Part shown: positions 1 through 12,004 of the stretch, in pieces
Position numbering within the stretch: position 1 is the first letter of the stretch
Layout of the letters: each line of letters starts with the position of its first letter
Source: Octopus bimaculoides
Lineage: Eukaryota
Direction: 5' to 3'
NCBI RefSeq assembly: GCF_001194135.2
Contig: NC_069002.1
Span: 14,363,991-14,424,559 of the forward strand
Length of the DNA stretch: 60,569 nt
Notes under the pieces: generated by a model
The model's input: only the letters and a program-made list of their open reading frames with translations
Databases searched by the model: none
Told to the model about the DNA's origin: nothing
Made by a program: the position numbers and the translations under genes

Positions 1-624
1 TATATATATATATATATTCATGACAGAAGTATCTCCCTTCAGTCATATGTAATGCAGAAGCATACCTTCATGAAGCCCATGATATAAAAAACATATGTCC
101 TTCACAGCGAAGGTCTACGTTACCTGGTCATATATAATCATCCAAAACAAAACAATCCTAGATTTTAAATGCTTCTTCTACAATATTTGTAATCGCGATG
201 ACCTTTAACTCGACAAGCTCTTTTCAACATGGCTTAAGTGCATCAGCCAAATGGACTTAGTGAAGCACTCGTTCACCATTTTGAATGTTTCTAAGCCTTA
301 AGCAATAATTCGGTTTAGCAGTTGATGTTACGTGATAGATTTATCCTTCTTTTGACACAAATAGTTTTCCCCGCAGAGTTTCTTGTAACCCTGTTTAAGA
401 AGTTAACCTGTTGCTGTGTTTACACACATACATACACACAAACTGACATAGATAATACACATACACTCAGACATATATAAATATATGCCTATGCATATAT
501 ATATAGACACACAAAAGTATGTATGGATATAGAATTGTACATACTTGTATATATAAACAGAGATATGCATATCTATCTTTCTATCTATCTAACTCTGTGT
601 GTAGGAAGATAGATAGATAGATAG

Positions 625-715
<91 letters not shown>

Positions 716-810
716 AACGTTTTCTTAAATTTGAAATTGATCTTAAAATTAATTATATTAGAAAATCCCTCCCATTTGGAAATGCTGAACACTGGAAGCG
801 TTCAGTTGAA

Positions 811-1090
811 GTACCAGTTACGCACTGGGGTCGATGTAATCGACTTAATCCCTTTGTCTGTCCTTATTTATCCCCTCTATGTTTAGCCCCTTGTGGGCAA
901 TAAAGAAATAAGAAACGTTNNNNNNNNNNNNNNNNNNNNNNNNNNNNNNNNNNNNNNNNNNNNNNNNNNNNNNNNNNNNNNNNNNNNNNNNACCAGTTAC
1001 ACACTGGGGTCGATGTAATCGACTTAATCCCGTTGTCTGTGCTTGTTTTTACCCTCTATGTTTAGCTCCCTGTGGGCAATAAAGAAATAA
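811..1090 (+). mobile_element. Two tandem 3' halves of SINE family A, separated by an N gap
   Basis: accagttac-cactggggtcgatgtaatcgacttaatccc...gtgggcaataaagaaataa occurs at 813 and 992, with several substitutions between copies. The same sequence is in the fuller copy at 20836-21070. Confidence 0.85.
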
Positions 1091-1136
1091 ATATCTTCAA
1101 TCAACAACCTCACAATATTGTATACTGTGCAACGTC

Positions 1137-1174
<38 letters not shown>

Positions 1175-2309
1175 TAACAAGAACAATAAATTAGTTAGGG
1201 AACGTTTTGAAAAAGATGAACAAACTGTACCTAATTGCCTATTTATCTCTGGGAAAGTCCTGTAGATAAAGACTAAAATTAGGGCAGAGGTTGGAGATCG
1301 GAAATAAAAATGGCCATTTAAGATAAGAAAAAGAAAAAACAAACATGTGCACTTCTGGGAGATAATAGTATGTTGCCATAGTAACAGAAAGGGCTTTGGT
1401 GCAGGATATATTTATATGATGAATATCTATTTATAAACGGAATACTTTTTGAAGTAAACAATCAGAAAAACAAACACAAGCAATTAATCATGGCAGGGTT
1501 TGATTAATGAGAGCTTTTGATAATGCAGCATAATTAATAATATCGTTGAGATTGGACAGACACGAACGAACGGGGAAGTATATTATATGTAACCGCTGAA
1601 TCTCCTTCAGATCAGATTCAGTTCTAGAATATAGTGTGGACACGTTAAATAAATCCTAAATAAACCCTGATTACACCAATATAATCCTAGGGTTTTGAAG
1701 GAATATATTAGATAACGTATTATTTCAAGCAATCGAGATAACCATGGCTGGAATGTCTTTGACTTTGTACGGAATCTTCGAGTTAGGTCTGGGACCAACT
1801 GCGACGAAACAACTACGATAATCAAGAAATTGAGAAAATATATAAAAATATATTGTGAAAGACAATAAACATCAATCCCACTATGAGTTACAAAAAATAT
1901 TGATGAAAAATGCTCTCAGCTCTCGTACTCTTAAAGTCGGTATTTTATGCTCTTAGCTGTAATAGTTAAACTACTGTAAACAACTTCAAAAGCTATATCA
2001 ATAACGAATAATATTTACTGTTGCTGCTTATCTGTTAAACTCTTGTCCGGGTCTGATTATTGTAATAAATGTCAAGAACCAACCGAAGAAAAAATTCATG
2101 TGATATGTGGTCGTTTATTATTGTCCACAAATAATATTTTTAGAGCATACATATCTTCAAGTTAATTGCGAACCTAATGTGTGGTTAAGAGAGCTCGTTC
2201 TCATTCACGCAGTTGTTGTTTCAGTCCCACTGACCACTGTCATGATTCTACTCATAAACACTAATGAGTAGAATTTGGTAACCAGAAAATGTAGAGGACC
2301 GTTTTGCAC

Positions 2310-2372
<63 letters not shown>

Positions 2373-2639
2373 CACACATGCACACACACGCGGTGTGTGT
2401 GTGTGCATGTGTGCGTGCGTGTATGTATGTGTGTGCACAGACACATATAACTATGTATATTGCACTCCAATACAACTAACTATAAACACCGTGTCTATAC
2501 TATTTTTTCGGACATTCTTACTATTTTATATACTTTTCACGAAGTTTTGTTGCCTTTATTTAGTTGTTAGCATCTGAGGACATGTTATCCACTAACATTG
2601 TACCATTGCAACGTGCGTAAAGGATCAAAAGATGAAACG

Positions 2640-2874
2640 ACCTTCCCGATCCACAAGTTCATAAAGCCGGTTTGCCTGATTCTTTGGAGTATGTATTACT
2701 TCTTTCTGTCCTGGACTGAACACGTGTCCGTTGAGGATTATTCATTTCTGGCTGCTGAGTGAACTGGAGCAACGTGTAGCGAAATGTTTTACTCAGTAAC
2801 TCAACGCTTCAACCGGTTCAGGAATCAAACCATCAAACTTACCATCGTGAGTGCAACATCTTAACCACTAAATC
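2640..2874 (-). mobile_element. tRNA-derived SINE (family E), degenerate
   Basis: The reverse complement gives a tRNA-like head (tagtggttaagatgttgcactcacgatgg...gtttgattcctgaaccgg), then aaaacatttcgctacacgttgctccagttcactcagc, matching the + copy at 48563-48840. Confidence 0.7.
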
Positions 2875-2919
2875 ATTATTGTGTGCTAAATGCTTTTACG
2901 ATATTTCGTCTGATACGTT

Positions 2920-3119
2920 GATGGCAGGGTCTTGATGGGAGGGTCTCGATGGGAGGGGCTCGATGGAAGGGGCTCGATGGGAGGGGCTCGATGGGAGGGT
3001 CTTGATGGGAGGGTCTTGATGGGAGGGTCTCGAAGGGAGTGTCTCGATGGGAGTGTCTCGATGGAAGGGTCTCGATGGGACAGTCTCGATGGGAAGATCT
3101 TGATTGAAAGATCTCGATG
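2920..3119 (+). repeat. G-rich 14-bp minisatellite, about 14 units, consensus GATGGGAGGGTCTC
   Basis: Units read directly: gatggcagggtctt, gatgggagggtctc, gatgggaggggctc and so on, decaying towards the 3' end. Confidence 0.95.
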
Positions 3120-3240
3120 TTATATTTTAGTCGATCACGTTGACCATTAATCAGCGTTGAATGCCATTTTTGAGGTACCACAGCCATGTCTACCGTAGAA
3201 TACGTACTCCTACAAGTGTATTAGTTAATACCTTAACGGG

Positions 3241-3448
3241 ACAAGCTGGCAGAATCGTTACCACACCGGACAAAATGCTTAGTGGCACTTCTTGCGATTT
3301 TACGTTCTTAGTTCAAATGCCGCTGAGGTCGTTTCTGCCTTTCAGCTTTTCGGGGTGAATAAAATAAATACCAGTTGAATATTTGGGTCACTGGAATGAC
3401 TTATCCCATCCCACGAAATTGTGGGCCCCATGTCAAAATTTGAAACCA
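3241..3448 (+). mobile_element. SINE family A, diverged copy
   Basis: agctggcagaatcgttaccacaccggacaaaatgcttag...agttcaaatgccgctgaggtcg...cctttcagcttttcggggtgaataaaataaataccag aligns by eye with 20844-21000. Confidence 0.8.
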
Positions 3449-3689
3449 ATATTACTGAATTCTTTCATTTGTTAAAGAAAATGCTCAGTGTGATTTGAGG
3501 GAGATTTGTCTTCTATTTCAATCAAGGCATTTGCCCTAGTAATTCTCTACCGTCAGCGTTGTTCTTCTTCCCTTCTCCCCGAACCAGAAAAAAAAAAGAC
3601 AAAAGAAAAGAATAAAAAAAGATTTTTTTTGCGTAATTGCATTTTAGGATAGGCATTGATCTTGTGCAGCTAAATTTAGTTGAAAACTT

Positions 3690-4370
3690 TTAGGCCACTA
3701 TTGGTTTCCATATTATTCACTTCTTCTCAATCCATGCTTGCAGGACACTCAGTGACCACATACAGCTACGATCTCTCTCTCCATCATTAATTCTGATTTT
3801 GTTTTCTTTTTCATTAGTTATCTTGTTACACATTGTTATTATATTTTCTTCTTTTTTCCTCTTAGTATATTATGGTGTCCTTAACTAATGCCATTCTTCA
3901 ATTTATGTAGCTTCAAGTTAAAAAAACTTCTCTTTTTGTTGTTTAGTTTCCTCTTATATCGAGAGAAACGTCATCCTAGATTCCTCTTCCATTTTCTCTT
4001 ATTAAACTAATCAGGTTCCCATTCCTTCTTTATTCTCTGTATTTTCCTCAGATCAACTGTGGATACTTTATAATAGTTCTCTATTTATACCAACCCACTA
4101 TCTACTCCGCCGCCTGTTTGCGAGATAGATATAGCCCAACAACATCATTTTTAGAACAGGTCTTGTTAGTACACTGAGTAGTTTTTCTGGCTTTTATTCT
4201 TCAGTCTCTCTCTCTCGGATCTCCAGTTCATTTAACTTCAAATTCATTATATCGAAGTTGCAGATGAAGACTGGGATACCGAGTGTATTTATCTCTATTA
4301 TCTTATTTCGATGTTTAGATAGGGTTCTTATTTTTGCCAAGACCAAGTATTTTGTGACTAATAATGATGA
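3690..4370 (-). mobile_element. R4/Dong-clade non-LTR retrotransposon fragment (RT thumb to zinc knuckle), heavily decayed
   Basis: Minus-strand translation with frameshifts gives KYL, LSKHRNKIIEINTLGIPVF, KNDVVGLYLSRKQ and YVVTECP. These resemble the R4/Dong motifs NKIKAINTWAVP, DVDRLYLPRKxGGRG and HIVSECP. Confidence 0.65.
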
Positions 4371-5355
4371 AAATAATAATAATAATAATAATAATAATCA
4401 TGCTTGTGAATTCTATTCCTAGCCACTGATTCGTTCAGTGCATTTCCCATGGCGAGTGAAACGAGACAGCGTTACTGCAGCCTGGTTGGAATGAGTAGTG
4501 CAGGTTATCAATGTATGGGCTTATCGGCAATGTTTTCACTTATATATATATANNNNNNNNNNNNNNNNNNNNNNNNNNNNNNNNNNNNNNNNNNNNNNNN
4601 NNNNNNNNNNNNNNNNNNNNNNNNNNNNNNNNNNNNNNNNNNNNNNNNNNNNNNNNNNNNNNNNNNNNNNNNNNNNNNNNNNNNNNNNNNNNNNNNNNNN
4701 NNNNNNNNNNNNNNNNNNNNNNNNNNNNNNNNNNNNNNNNNNNNNNNNNNNNNNNNNNNNNNNNNNNNNNNNNNNNNNNNNNNNNNNNNNNNNNNNNNNN
4801 NNNNNNNNNNNNNNNNNNNNNNNNNNNNNNNNNNNNNNNNNNNNNNNNNNNNNNNNNNNNNNNNNNNNNNNNNNNNNNNNNNNNNNNNNNNNNNNNNNNN
4901 NNNNNNNNNNNNNNNNNNNNNNNNNNNNNNNNNNNNNNNNNNNNNNNNNNNNNNNNNNNNNNNNNNNNNNNNNNNNNNNNNNNNNNNNNNNNNNNNNNNN
5001 NNNNNNNNNNNNNNNNNNNNNNNNNNNNNNNNNNNNNNNNNNNNNNNNNNNNNNNNNNNNNNNNNNNNATATATATATATATATAGATAGATAGATAGAT
5101 AGATAGATCGATGTATATACGCATACGTATGCATGTATGTATACATATAAATACACGCATACATGCAGAAAGAAGAAAGAGGAAAATATTCAGAGAGAAA
5201 CAAAAGAATAGTTCAAGAAAACCGCGTATCGTTACATATAGCTGAAAAATAACAGATGCATATAAATAAGTCAAATTCATACATACATACATACATGCAT
5301 ACATACATGGCCACAATCAAATTAGTAAAACAATTAAAAAGAATTATATGTATAG

Positions 5356-5491
5356 ACAGAGGAGTGGCTGTGTGGTAAGAACATGGTTCCTGTTTCAGTC
5401 CCACTACGTAGCGCCTTGGGTAAGTGTCTTTTACTATAGCCCCGGGCCTTGTAAGTGAATTCGGTAGACGGAAAGTAAAAGAAGCCAGTCG

Positions 5492-5548
<57 letters not shown>

Positions 5549-5756
5549 TTGTGTATGTGTCTGTGTTCGTCTCTTCACTATCGTTTGACAACCGATGTTG
5601 GTGTGTTTATGTCCCCGCAAATTAGTTGTTCAGAAAAAGAGAAACCGTTAGAATAAGTACTGAGATTACTGAGAATACGTTCTGGTGTTGATTTGTTTGA
5701 CGAAAAGTGGCGCTCCAGCATGGCCACAGTCAAATGACTCAAACAGGTAAAAGAAT
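5356..5756 (+). mobile_element. tRNA-derived SINE family C with internal (TA)n/(TG)n tract
   Basis: Head ggagtggctgtgtggtaag...ggttcctgtttcagtcccact, CORE-like ccttgggtaagtgtctt, internal microsatellite at about 5492-5545, and 3' part ctccagcatggccacagtcaaatgact. It matches 60067-60385. Confidence 0.85.
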
Positions 5757-5831
5757 AATAGAATAAAAGTATAGATACATACATACTTACACACACACAC
5801 ACGCACACTTAGACGTATATATGTGTATAGA

Positions 5832-5864
<33 letters not shown>

Positions 5865-6393
5865 TACGAGTGTGTTTGTGCATGTGCGCATTCTAACGAT
5901 GTTGTTAAATTCAAATCCTATATATATGCAAGATTTTTGATTTGAAATCGTGTGTTGAAACAGATGTTGTTATACTTGAGGATGTAATATAAAGCTGAAG
6001 CAAATTAACACCAAATATACAGTGCGTGTGTTTTTATTGGCTAAACTGAAAATATGACCATCCCCAAGTACAACAACATATATATATATAGATATGTATA
6101 TATATATANNNNNNNNNNNNNNNNNNNNNNNNNNNNNNNNNNNNNNNNNNNNNATATATGTATGTATGTATAATGTATGCGTTTCTGTTGATATATTGTA
6201 TATTTAGTACAAACATAAATTTTAATCCTCTCTCTCTCTCTGTTTTATTATAGAGCCCTCTGGTGAAAAGTGCAGAAAACAAGACTGTTGCGTTGGTGCC
6301 GAGTAAACCTGGTCAGAGTAAAAAGTAGTGGATTTTGTTGATCGTCTTCAGAAAAACTTCAATCATAAGGGACCAATGCAAATCACTTGCTCG

Positions 6394-6456
<63 letters not shown>

Positions 6457-7039
6457 GCTGCTGCTGCTATAGCTCCTGCGGCTTCTGCTGCTGTTGCTGG
6501 TGCTGCCATATCTTTTGAAATGTCTACCACTACAATTACTACAAGAATTACACCTTCTCTTGTTCATGACTACAAAAAGTCGTTATGAAACCTGGCTGCA
6601 TTAATTACAATTATAATTATCTTTTCAAGATTGAAGTCGCGGCGAGGTGTATAAATTGATTATATACCAGTTATGTAATGGGGTTATTTACATCAATTAA
6701 TTCTGTCTTCTCAAAAGCAAAAGAAGGACTTATAGACGACGAGTTTGAATTTCTGCCTAAACAAGAAATAATAAGAATAATAATCGTCATTATTATTACA
6801 GTCAAAGTGCTTAGCTGGCATGATATTTAGAATGTCGTATTAATTTCCTTGCGCTCTTTGTTCAGGGTGTTAACGCTTTGAGTTCAGTTCTCAATCACGA
6901 AATGTCTCTCTTAGCTTCCTATGCTTTGAGAGCCGATGAAATAAAGCAACTGCAAAGTAATGATGTAAAAGATATTGACTAATCGCCTCCGCAGAAAACT
7001 ACTGGTTTTGTGCCAAAATGTGAAAATGTTAGTAAGGAA

Positions 7040-7232
7040 GCGAACAGAAGAAACGTTACCGCTGTGGACAAAATGCATAGTGACATTTTAAGTTATTGCT
7101 TTAAAAATACCTCGAGGTTAACTTTGCCTTTCAACATTTCGGTGTCGACAAAATAAGTACCAGTCGAGCACTGGGATCAATGAAATTACTAGTACCTGAA
7201 ATTTCAGACCTTGTGCTTAGAGTACAAATTAT
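7040..7232 (+). mobile_element. SINE family A, diverged, ending at an (ATT)n/(AAT)n tract
   Basis: Contains actttgcctttcaacatttcggtgtcgacaaaataagtaccagtcgagcactggg, the family A core. Confidence 0.7.
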
Positions 7233-7251
7233 TGTTATTATTATTATTATA

Positions 7252-7352
<101 letters not shown>

Positions 7353-8244
7353 TATTATTATTATTATTGCTACTACAAATGCAATAACGAATCTGAAAGG
7401 ACAGAATTACACCTGAGCTAATTTAATGAGCCGTATACTGGCCAATAGGTATATGTACTACAGGTTCTACATTTATGCACGTTAATATGACGTTAATATT
7501 CATACGATTAATATTCATACGACATAAATTCCAAACACACCTATGAAACTATATATCTCCTCTACTCTACAAAATGTGCTTTTCTGAGACAAAGTTAGAC
7601 ATCATTAACTCTAGTTCAAAATGTGACGGTGTCTCTTCGACTTGTTCTTATATCATTTATCGTTATCCGGATCTCATATTAGCTCTAAGGGTTTCAATCT
7701 CCGCCGAACGCTTATTTCTCTGCAAATTATATTGCATTCACTGTAAAAACAACAAACGGGGGTATCTGGTAGTTGATATACTCTAACGACTCTCTTTTGC
7801 ACTCTCTGTCTCTCTCTCTCTTTCTCATAAACACACACACGCACACATATGTATGTATATATATATATATATATATATATANNNNNNNNNNNNNNNNNNN
7901 NNNNNNNNNNNNNNNNNNNNNNNNNNNNNNNNNNNNNNNNNNNNNNNNNNNNNNNNNNNNNNNNNNNNNNNNNNNNNNNNNNNNNNNNNNNNNNNNNNNN
8001 NNNNNNNNNNNNNNNNNNNNNNNNNNNNNNNNNNNNNNNNNNNNNNNNNNNNNNNNNNNNNNNNNNNNNNNNNNNNNNNNNNNNNNNNNNNNNNNNNNNN
8101 NNNNNNNNNNNNNNNNNNNNNNNNNNNNNNNNNNNNNNNNNNNNNNNNNNNNNNNNNNNNNNNNNNNNNNNNNNNNNNNNNNNNNNNNNNNNNNNNNNNN
8201 NNNNNNNNNNNNNNNNNNNNNNNNNNNNNNNNNNNNNNNNNNNN

Positions 8245-8280
<36 letters not shown>

Positions 8281-8483
8281 TATATGAAGGTTATGACTTG
8301 TTGATTATTTTGAAAGTAAACAATTTTCCCTACTAAAAGTCGATGAACAATTTTATATAAATAGGAAAAATAACGCTTGTTTTAGATCTTTTTAATAAAA
8401 AAACGTCACCCCTAACAGAAGAAATCTAACACCACTTTTGACCCAAATCATGCAAAATTCTAGGAGGATTCATACTGACTAGT

Positions 8484-10057
8484 CACGTTTTCCCAGACTT
8501 TGTGTGCTGACTTAATGTAATGCAGAAACAGTATATCTCAAACTTCAGCTTTCAAGTTTATGTAGTTTAAGAGTTATAGAGTTTTTAATGTTACCACTTA
8601 GGCCCTACTTTAGGAAATATCTTCTTTCCCTCCTTTTTATTTCTATGATGCTAAAAACTGCGACTCTATTCACTGTTTTTCACAATAGCAGGGTTATGCA
8701 TCTAGAGTATCTAAAAAAATTATTTTCATAAGAGAAGTGCTTGTGTCACTCAAAGAAACAAAAGAATCTAGACGACGAATCTCGTGCAATTTCAAAACTC
8801 ACATAGGGAAAGAAAACTTGTTCCTCTAGAAGAGCATTCTTTGGAAAACAAATGCAGGATACCAATGAAACTTCAAATTGTCGGTCGCTACCTGTTCCTT
8901 GGAGGTACAATCAAAGGAAGGAAAGAAAGAACAAAGGAAATTTCGAAAGAAAATTTAAATAACTGTATAAGAAAAAAGGCAAAAGAAATTAAATTTCCCA
9001 TATTTATCAATACAAAATGTACAAACAAAAGTAGAACAAGTGCTGAATACCTGCGATAAATGTGTAAAACGAGAAAAATATTGGGAGTCATCTCCCAATA
9101 TTGAATTTACATTCATCCCAGAGCTTCTGAGTAATTACAAGAAACTCCAGGCTAATTTTAACAATGGTTAAGATAAGATTACTGAAATGAGATGACATAA
9201 AATTTCTATTTCATTTGGCCAGAGTCTTTCGTTTCTGAAGAAGCCGACAAATTTCCCCTGTATTTCAAGAAATACCCAAATTAAGTAATGCAAGATGGAA
9301 TTTTCGAGCAATAGCAGCTCTTTTGGTATTTATTCTTCCATCAGAAGAAAGAGTTTTGCTTCTCAATGTTTGTCGATTCATCTCTTACAGCTGGGCGGAT
9401 TTTTGGTTTACTGACCAAATGTTTGATGCACATGATTATCAGAAGTTATGTGGTAGCCTGCAAGTTCAAAAAAAATAGCATTGAACTCTGTAAAAAACTT
9501 TTGGAGTCGAGAACCATCAAAACTGGAAATTGCCAGAACAAATCAGAGTGCAGAACTGGCAATTAAGTGCCTTCAAGATCTTTATGATGTTTGTAAAAAG
9601 AAGGAGAAACTTCAGCTTCGATTTATTTTACCTAACAAAACATATTAATTATTTGTTATGCTTAAAAATTTGCTAACATTCAGCACCCTTTTTTCTCATA
9701 CAGTTATTTAAAATTGGAATTAAACCTATAAAGTTAAGAATATGTATTGCTTTTAATTTTGTATGTTATCGAATGCTTGTAGTGGCTTCTGTCTTGAAAT
9801 AACCCAGTTCTGACCTTTGCATAGAGCAATTTCAATTCAGTAATCTTTAAAATGTATAAAGAGACTTTTATTCCACATCTCCCTTGCGTTTACAAGGATT
9901 TAAGCAGCGGAAATACTGAAGTGTGAATCTGGTATCACCAAGTGATTATAGTTTAAAAAGCCCATAACTCCGAAACTACTTCAATTAGAAAGCTGAAATT
10001 TCAGTTATATTATTTCTGCATTGCATTGAATCAGCACACCAGGTTGGTAAAAACTTG
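8484..10057 (+). mobile_element. DNA transposon fossil with about 100-bp imperfect inverted repeats, hAT-like (possibly hATm); right end may continue into the N gap
   Basis: 8484-8586 (gtgtgctgacttaatgtaatgcagaaacagtatatctcaaacttcagctttc...tagtttaagagttata) is the reverse-complement match of 9955-10057 (tataactccgaaacta...gaaagctgaaatttcagttatattatttctgcattgcattgaatcagcacac). The two arms enclose a transposase remnant. Confidence 0.75.
8830..9648 (+). pseudogene. Internally deleted, frameshifted hAT-like transposase
   Basis: N-terminal-like KCRIPMKLQIVGRYLFL...LNFPYLSIQNVQTKVEQVLNTCDKCVKR is joined to C-terminal DDIKFLFHLARVFRF...FQEIPKLSNARWNFRAIAALLVFILP...WSREPSKLEIARTNQSAELAIKCLQDL...LRFILPNKTY*. 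The ARW and NxxAExxIK motifs parallel the hAT RW and dimerisation-domain ER motifs. The family assignment is from memory. Confidence 0.6.
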
Positions 10058-10394
10058 AGCAGGCGTTATGAACNNNNNNNNNNNNNNNNNNNNNNNNNNN
10101 NNNNNNNNNNNNNNNNNNNNNNNNNNNNNNNNNNNNNNNNNNNNNNNNNNNNNNNNNNNNNNNNNNNNNNNNNNNNNNNNNNNNNNNNNNNNNNNNNNNN
10201 NNNNNNNNNNNNNNNNNNNNNNNNNNNNNNNNNNNNNNNNNNNNNNNNNNNNNNNNNNNNNNNNNNNNNNNNNNNNNNNNNNTATATATATATATATATA
10301 TATGGGCTGAGGCCATGCGGAGTTACGTGCGTATGTTTATGGTGAGGTAGATGGACATAACATAAGAACCTGAGTATTTTGTAGTATGAGAAAA

Positions 10395-11246
10395 TCAAGT
10401 AGAGTGAGATGAAGGAAAACTTTTGGCGAGAATACCCCCCATGAAAACCAAATTAACCATGGTGAGTAGATTCAGTGGAAATAACAAGTTTAGAGAAATG
10501 GATACATGGGGTGTCTTTTGAATGCGATGTGTCGCACATGTTGTTAGATAGACAAAGAACGAGCTTGAAGGAACGAGTAGAATAACCAGAAAAGCGATGA
10601 CAATGAACAAGAAACTGCTTATAATGTAAGTGAGTGCAGCAGATTGGCTCAAAAAGAATACAAAGAGGACATGATAACATAGGTAAGTATGTTCAATAGA
10701 GATTATGTGAGAAGGTTGCACTTGAAAGGACGTTGAAATGATATGAACGGAAAACAAGGCGTCACCGAGAATAATGACTATAAGTTCTTTATGGAATTTT
10801 ACAATCCACTGTGATTCAATGATTGATGCTCGGACACCAGACGTTGTTGTTGATAAAATGATGAAGGAAACCAAGATCATACATATTGCTGTATCTGGGG
10901 ATATCCGAGCAGATAAAGAATTGGAAAAGACTGAGCAGTCTAAGCCACTAAAAGATGATATTGCACATATGTAGGCAGTGAAGAGAGTAACTGTTATCCC
11001 TGTTGTTGTAGAGGCATTGGGAGTATTAACAACCAAGATGGAGAAATTTGTTAGAGAAACTGGGATTGACATAAAGGTAGGATATGGTCAGAAAACTGCT
11101 CAACAGGGGAGAGGAAGGATTTTGAGAATGGGAGTTGGACGTTAAGTATCATTGAAAGAGAACTTTTGAGACCCTTGAGAACAAGTTATCCTCTCTTACG
11201 GAACTAACCCTAGTCATGAAATCAAGAGCTCTGAGATGTGAAATGA
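10395..11246 (+). mobile_element. R4/Dong-clade LINE 3' fragment with restriction-like endonuclease domain, internally deleted
   Basis: SGNNKFREMDTWGV...TKNELEGTSRITRKAMTMNK is fused to ETAYNVSECSRLAQKEYKRGHDNIG, then LWNFTIHCDSMIDARTPDVVVDK...IIHIAV...ELEK...VIPVVVEALG (PD-D/ExK RLE). It ends at an (ATT)n/(AAT)n tract. Confidence 0.85.
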
Positions 11247-11259
11247 TATTATTATTATT

Positions 11260-11309
<50 letters not shown>

Positions 11310-11564
11310 CAACAACAACAACAATAACGATCTATGGCATAAATATCCAATGAAATATACAACACCCACAGCATATATTCTAAAGGCCGGATACCCAACA
11401 GAAGACCACAACTTGCATTCCACATAGGACACAGAATATAAACACTAATACAACAAAAGGTTCAAGTCAAACCACATAACAATACAATACGTCAGCAACA
11501 CGGATGTGTAGCAGGTGATACGACAGAAATCTTTCAGAAACTACCAAATGTCGAATAGGGTGTT

Positions 11565-11824
11565 TTGCTCAACATCCTTAAGCAACCCTTATTCAGGGAC
11601 CTTTTGAGCGGAATGGGCTACTCGACCTGAAGAAAATTCTGACTGAGTCCCACCTGCGTGGTCATGCGTTGTTTATCTTGATATGAGATCACCATGTCGC
11701 ACACATATGGTTGTGATGCATATGCCTGGTGTACCCTTATCAGACGGGTAGTCATGATGGGTATACTGGACTTCGTACATCTTACCCCAGTGTCACCTTG
11801 ATAGCATGCACTGCTCTCTCACTC

Positions 11825-11858
<34 letters not shown>
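11565..11858 (+). mobile_element. Non-coding interspersed repeat (family D) ending in an (AAT)n tail
   Basis: GC-richer block gctcaacatccttaagcaacccttattcagggacc...gcatgcactgctctctcactc followed directly by (AAT)n. I recognise it as a common octopus repeat but cannot verify this here. Confidence 0.5.
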
Positions 11859-11914
11859 GGGACTTCAACATTCCGACCGACAAAGTTATAGGAGCTAGAA
11901 GGCCGGACTTGGTT

Positions 11915-11971
<57 letters not shown>

Positions 11972-11972
11972 C

Positions 11973-12004
<32 letters not shown>

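Noticed and set aside
2920-3119. Regularly spaced repeats as a CRISPR array
   Set aside because: Contiguous tandem units with no unique spacers, in eukaryotic context with no cas genes.
6254-6330. Possible exon after a pyrimidine tract and AG (PSGEKCRKQDCCVGA or SPLVKSAENKTVALVPSKPG)
   Set aside because: Weak donor, no recognisable homology, no partner exons; the pyrimidine tract is a (CT)n microsatellite.
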